In this document: positions 60,912-64,000 of the stretch, one piece after another
Layout of the letters: every line of letters begins with the position of its first letter
How positions within the stretch are numbered: position 1 is the stretch's first letter
Assembly: GCA_048885525.1 (NCBI GenBank)
Contig: JBHLLP010000002.1
Span: forward strand, 32,001-96,000
Direction: 5' to 3'
Source of the DNA: Candidatus Hermodarchaeota archaeon
GTDB lineage: Archaea > Asgardarchaeota > Lokiarchaeia > Sigyniarchaeales > SOKP01
Length of the DNA: 64,000 bases
Translations under genes and position numbers: made by a program
Notes under the pieces: generated by a model
Databases searched by the model: none
Told to the model about the DNA's origin: nothing
The model's input: only the letters and a program-made list of their open reading frames with translations

Positions 60912-62399
60912 ATGCCAATTAAACATAAAGAATGGGTTAAAAATCCAAAAATTTTTGAAATTAATACATGGTCATGGCTTCATTTTCTATCAGAGACTTT
61001 TAATAATCCGATTACTCTAAAGAATGTCCCTAACGAGATTATTCAAAGAGAATTAAGATTTTTCGACGCAGTGTGGCTTATGGGGGTGTGGGAAAGAAGT
61101 CCTGCTAGTAAAAAGATAGCATTTGAGCATCCTGATCTACAAGAAGAATATCATAAAGCTTTAGAAGACTTTAGAGATGATGACGTTATAGGATCACCAT
61201 ATTCAGTATATTATTATCATGTTGATAAATATTTTGGTGGTATTGATGGTTTAAAGAAGGTCAGAGAGAGATTTGCTGAACAAGATATCAGATTAATATT
61301 GGATTACGTCCCAAATCATGTATCTATAGATTCATTATGGACATTTGAATCAGGTTTATTCATTGAAGGGACTTTAGATGATTTAATGGCTCATCCATAT
61401 GAATTTTTCAGTATAGGAAAAAAAGTATTTGCTTATGGTCGTGATCCAAATTTTCCTCCTTGGACAGACACAATTCAAATTAACGCTTTCTCAAAAGAGG
61501 CTCGTCAAAAGACAATTAATACTCTTTTAAGTATTGCTGAACTCTGTGATGGTATTCGCTGTGATATGGCAATGTTAATGACCAATAATATATTTAATAG
61601 AACATGGGGTAAAAGAGCGGGACCTCCTCCAAAACAAGAATTTTGGGAAGAAATCATTACTGCTGTGAAGGAGAAATATCCAAATTTCCTATTTATAGCA
61701 GAAGTGTATTGGGATATGGAATGGGAACTTCAACAACAAGGATTCGATTTTTGTTATGATAAAAAGTTGTATGAGCGATTAACCCATGAGAATGCAACCC
61801 TAATTAGAGATCATCTAAAGGCAGAATGGCTTTATCAAAGTAAGCTTATGAGATTTATTGAAAACCATGATGAGTTAAGAGCTGTAGAAAGATTTGGAGA
61901 AGAGAAGTCAAAAGCTGCTGCAATTATAGCATTTACGTTACCAGGAGCAAGATTAATATATGAGGGACAGACTCGTGGTAATAAAGTAAAATTACCAGTT
62001 CAACTTGGAAGAAGACCATTTGAAGAAGATAATAAAAATCTATATAATTTTTATCAAAATTTATTAAAATCAATTCCTGGAAGAGAATTTGGTAATGCTA
62101 GCTGGTCTCTATGTGAATCAAAATCTTTAGAGTCTAACAATTCTTCATTTTCAAATATCATTTCTTATTTATGGTGGATAAATGATAATTATAGACTTAT
62201 AGTTGTTAATTATAGTCCAGTTCCTTCAAAAGCTCATGTAAGAATAAGTCCTTTTCATTTTGATACTCATAAATGGAAATTCATAGACTTACTTAATCAG
62301 AAATCCTATACATACAATGGAGAAGATTTGTATAAACATGGTTTATATGTAGAGTTAAATGCATGGAATGGTCATATTTTTAGTATAAAGAAAGATTAG
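60912..62399 (+). CDS. GH13 alpha-amylase family protein
   Basis: DYVPNH, DGIRCDMA, AEVY, FIENHD catalytic regions. Confidence 0.92.
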   Translation: MPIKHKEWVKNPKIFEINTWSWLHFLSETFNNPITLKNVPNEIIQRELRFFDAVWLMGVWERSPASKKIAFEHPDLQEEYHKALEDFRDDDVIGSPYSVYYYHVDKYFGGIDGLKKVRERFAEQDIRLILDYVPNHVSIDSLWTFESGLFIEGTLDDLMAHPYEFFSIGKKVFAYGRDPNFPPWTDTIQINAFSKEARQKTINTLLSIAELCDGIRCDMAMLMTNNIFNRTWGKRAGPPPKQEFWEEIITAVKEKYPNFLFIAEVYWDMEWELQQQGFDFCYDKKLYERLTHENATLIRDHLKAEWLYQSKLMRFIENHDELRAVERFGEEKSKAAAIIAFTLPGARLIYEGQTRGNKVKLPVQLGRRPFEEDNKNLYNFYQNLLKSIPGREFGNASWSLCESKSLESNNSSFSNIISYLWWINDNYRLIVVNYSPVPSKAHVRISPFHFDTHKWKFIDLLNQKSYTYNGEDLYKHGLYVELNAWNGHIFSIKKD

Positions 62400-62448
62400 T
62401 AGGTTTCATCATCTACTCGTAAGAAGTTTTTAATAATATAATAAACTA

Positions 62449-63747
62449 ATGCTTTATATGAAAACTGTTATCATTGCCGCAGGAGAAGGAAAAAGACTAA
62501 GACCAGTAACTTCTACCCTGCCAAAACCTTTGATTCCAATTGCTGGAAAACCTTTACTAGAGCATACGATATTAGGATTAAAAGATTCTGGAATAACTGA
62601 AATTTTGCTTGTTGTTGGATATAAAGAAAATTTAATTAAGGATTATTTTGGAGATGGAAAAGAGAAATTTGATATAAAAATTCAATATATTACGCAAAAG
62701 GAGCAATTGGGAACAGCTCATGCTTTTGGATATGGTAAAGATTTCGCGAATAATGAACCTATTTTGTTAATGTATGGTGATTTATTAGTAGAAGCAAAAG
62801 TTTATCAAGAAATTGTTCAAAAATTTATGGAAAAAGAAGTAGAAGGTATAATATTATTAATGGAAGTAGTAAATCCCGAAGAATTTGGCATTGTTTCTTT
62901 AAATCCTCAGGGATTTGTAGAAAAAATTATAGAAAAGCCTACGCCAGAGATGAATGCAGGAAATCTAGCAAATGCAGGCGTTTTTATATTTGATTCTAGT
63001 ATCTTTCAAGCAATTGAAAAGACTGAAAAATCAGTTCGAGGTGAATATGAATTTACAGATTCTATGGAAATTCTAATAAACCAATTTAAAGGGAGAATTT
63101 TTGGTCATACACTTAAAGATTATTTCTGGAGTGATATAGGATTACCTTGGCAATTTTTAGATGCGAATAGATATCTTTTAGACAAAGTTGAAAAAAAAAT
63201 ATTGGGGCAGGTTGAAGAAAATGTTCATATCTCAGGCAAAATATATATTGGTGTGGGAACTACCATTAGATCTGGTTCTTATATTCAAGGTCCTTGTTAC
63301 ATTGGAAATAATAATTTAATTGGTCCAAATTCAATAATAGGACCATATACATTCATTGCTAATGATTGTCATATTAGTATTAGTGAAATAGAAAATTCTA
63401 TTATTCTTTCGAATACTTTAATTCCAGACATTAATTATATAGGAGATACTATTATCTGTGAGAATGTAAATCTGGGATCTGGGACTAATGTCAAGAATTT
63501 AAGATTTGATGAAGAGAATGTTAAGGTAACAATTAAAGGTCAATTAGTTGATTCAAGAAGAAAGAAGTTAGGCGCAATTATAGGATCAAATGTAGAAATT
63601 GGAACAAATGTTATTATATTGCCCGGGAAAATTATTGGGGAAAATTCAAGAATCGGCCCGGATACATTAGTAAGAGAGGATATTCCTCCAAATACTTTTT
63701 ATTACACTAATCCAAATAAAGAGATTATTAAGAAGAGTTTAAAATAA
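62449..63747 (+). CDS. Archaeal GlmU-like sugar-1-phosphate nucleotidyltransferase with LbH domain
   Basis: AAGEGKRLRP.T...PKPL, QLGTAHA, GD, EKP, RGEYE.TD, hexapeptide repeats, NLRFD. Confidence 0.9.
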   Translation: MLYMKTVIIAAGEGKRLRPVTSTLPKPLIPIAGKPLLEHTILGLKDSGITEILLVVGYKENLIKDYFGDGKEKFDIKIQYITQKEQLGTAHAFGYGKDFANNEPILLMYGDLLVEAKVYQEIVQKFMEKEVEGIILLMEVVNPEEFGIVSLNPQGFVEKIIEKPTPEMNAGNLANAGVFIFDSSIFQAIEKTEKSVRGEYEFTDSMEILINQFKGRIFGHTLKDYFWSDIGLPWQFLDANRYLLDKVEKKILGQVEENVHISGKIYIGVGTTIRSGSYIQGPCYIGNNNLIGPNSIIGPYTFIANDCHISISEIENSIILSNTLIPDINYIGDTIICENVNLGSGTNVKNLRFDEENVKVTIKGQLVDSRRKKLGAIIGSNVEIGTNVIILPGKIIGENSRIGPDTLVREDIPPNTFYYTNPNKEIIKKSLK

Positions 63748-63841
63748 TTGTAATATCTACTTGTAAAAGTTTTATTAAGAGTTAGAAATTATTTTTATTA
63801 AAAAGAATATGAAATATGAACTAGGAAAGGGATTTAACCAT

Positions 63842-64000
63842 ATGTTAGATAAAAAGAATTCAGTAATTTCTGCTTTAATAGATAGAGGAGTTAAAATACC
63901 GAATCCTGCTTCAGTTGAGATAGGCGAAGAAGTCGATATTAATCTAATATCATCTGAGAATGTTATAATACATTCTGGTTGTAAAATATTTGGTGAAAAA
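63842..64000 (+). CDS. Partial hexapeptide-repeat (GlmU-like) protein, runs off window end
   Basis: MLDKKNSVISALIDRGVKIPNPASVEIGEEV...VIIHSGCKIFG. Confidence 0.6.
   Translation, partial: MLDKKNSVISALIDRGVKIPNPASVEIGEEVDINLISSENVIIHSGCKIFGEK

Noticed and set aside
1-64000. Short antisense or nested ORFs in the track (e.g. 22008..22445, 31464..31955, 25751..26104)
   Set aside because: They lie opposite or within well-supported genes and have shadow-ORF composition.
1-64000. CRISPR arrays, tRNA/rRNA, IS elements, inteins in RadA or AtpA
   Set aside because: No spaced repeats, GC-rich structural RNA or transposase motifs were seen; RadA and both AtpA copies are normal length.

Overview
Very AT-rich archaeal chromosomal segment with RadA, TBP, TFB, aIF1/SUI1, tRNA-splicing endonuclease and an A/V-type ATPase operon. 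Gene content and style suggest an Asgard (Lokiarchaeia-like) genome; this is inference only. No rRNA, tRNA, CRISPR array, integrase or transposase was seen. Contents: a GH4-centred sugar catabolism cluster, GH57 and GH13 alpha-glucan enzymes, three tandem OsmC-fold genes, a full ATPase operon (K-C-H-F-E-A-B-D-I) followed by a second A subunit that has lost a catalytic Arg, a 2-hydroxyacyl-CoA dehydratase set, a gamma-glutamyl ligase/cyclotransferase/amidotransferase trio, a cobalamin-binding protein coupled to an opine dehydrogenase, and a GT4/GH130 cluster. The strongest unexplained signal is translational. Six reading frames (ATPase D and E, a GT4, a GH130, a DppB-like permease and an HTH gene absent from the ORF track) are open from an ATA/ATC/ATT codon just after an in-frame stop, with no ATG/GTG/TTG available before their N-terminal segments. 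Most lie 5-8 nt behind a GGTG(A) Shine-Dalgarno motif. The start-fidelity factor aIF1 in the same window may itself begin at ATA. A second oddity is an in-frame TGA inside a hairpin at 60683-60685.
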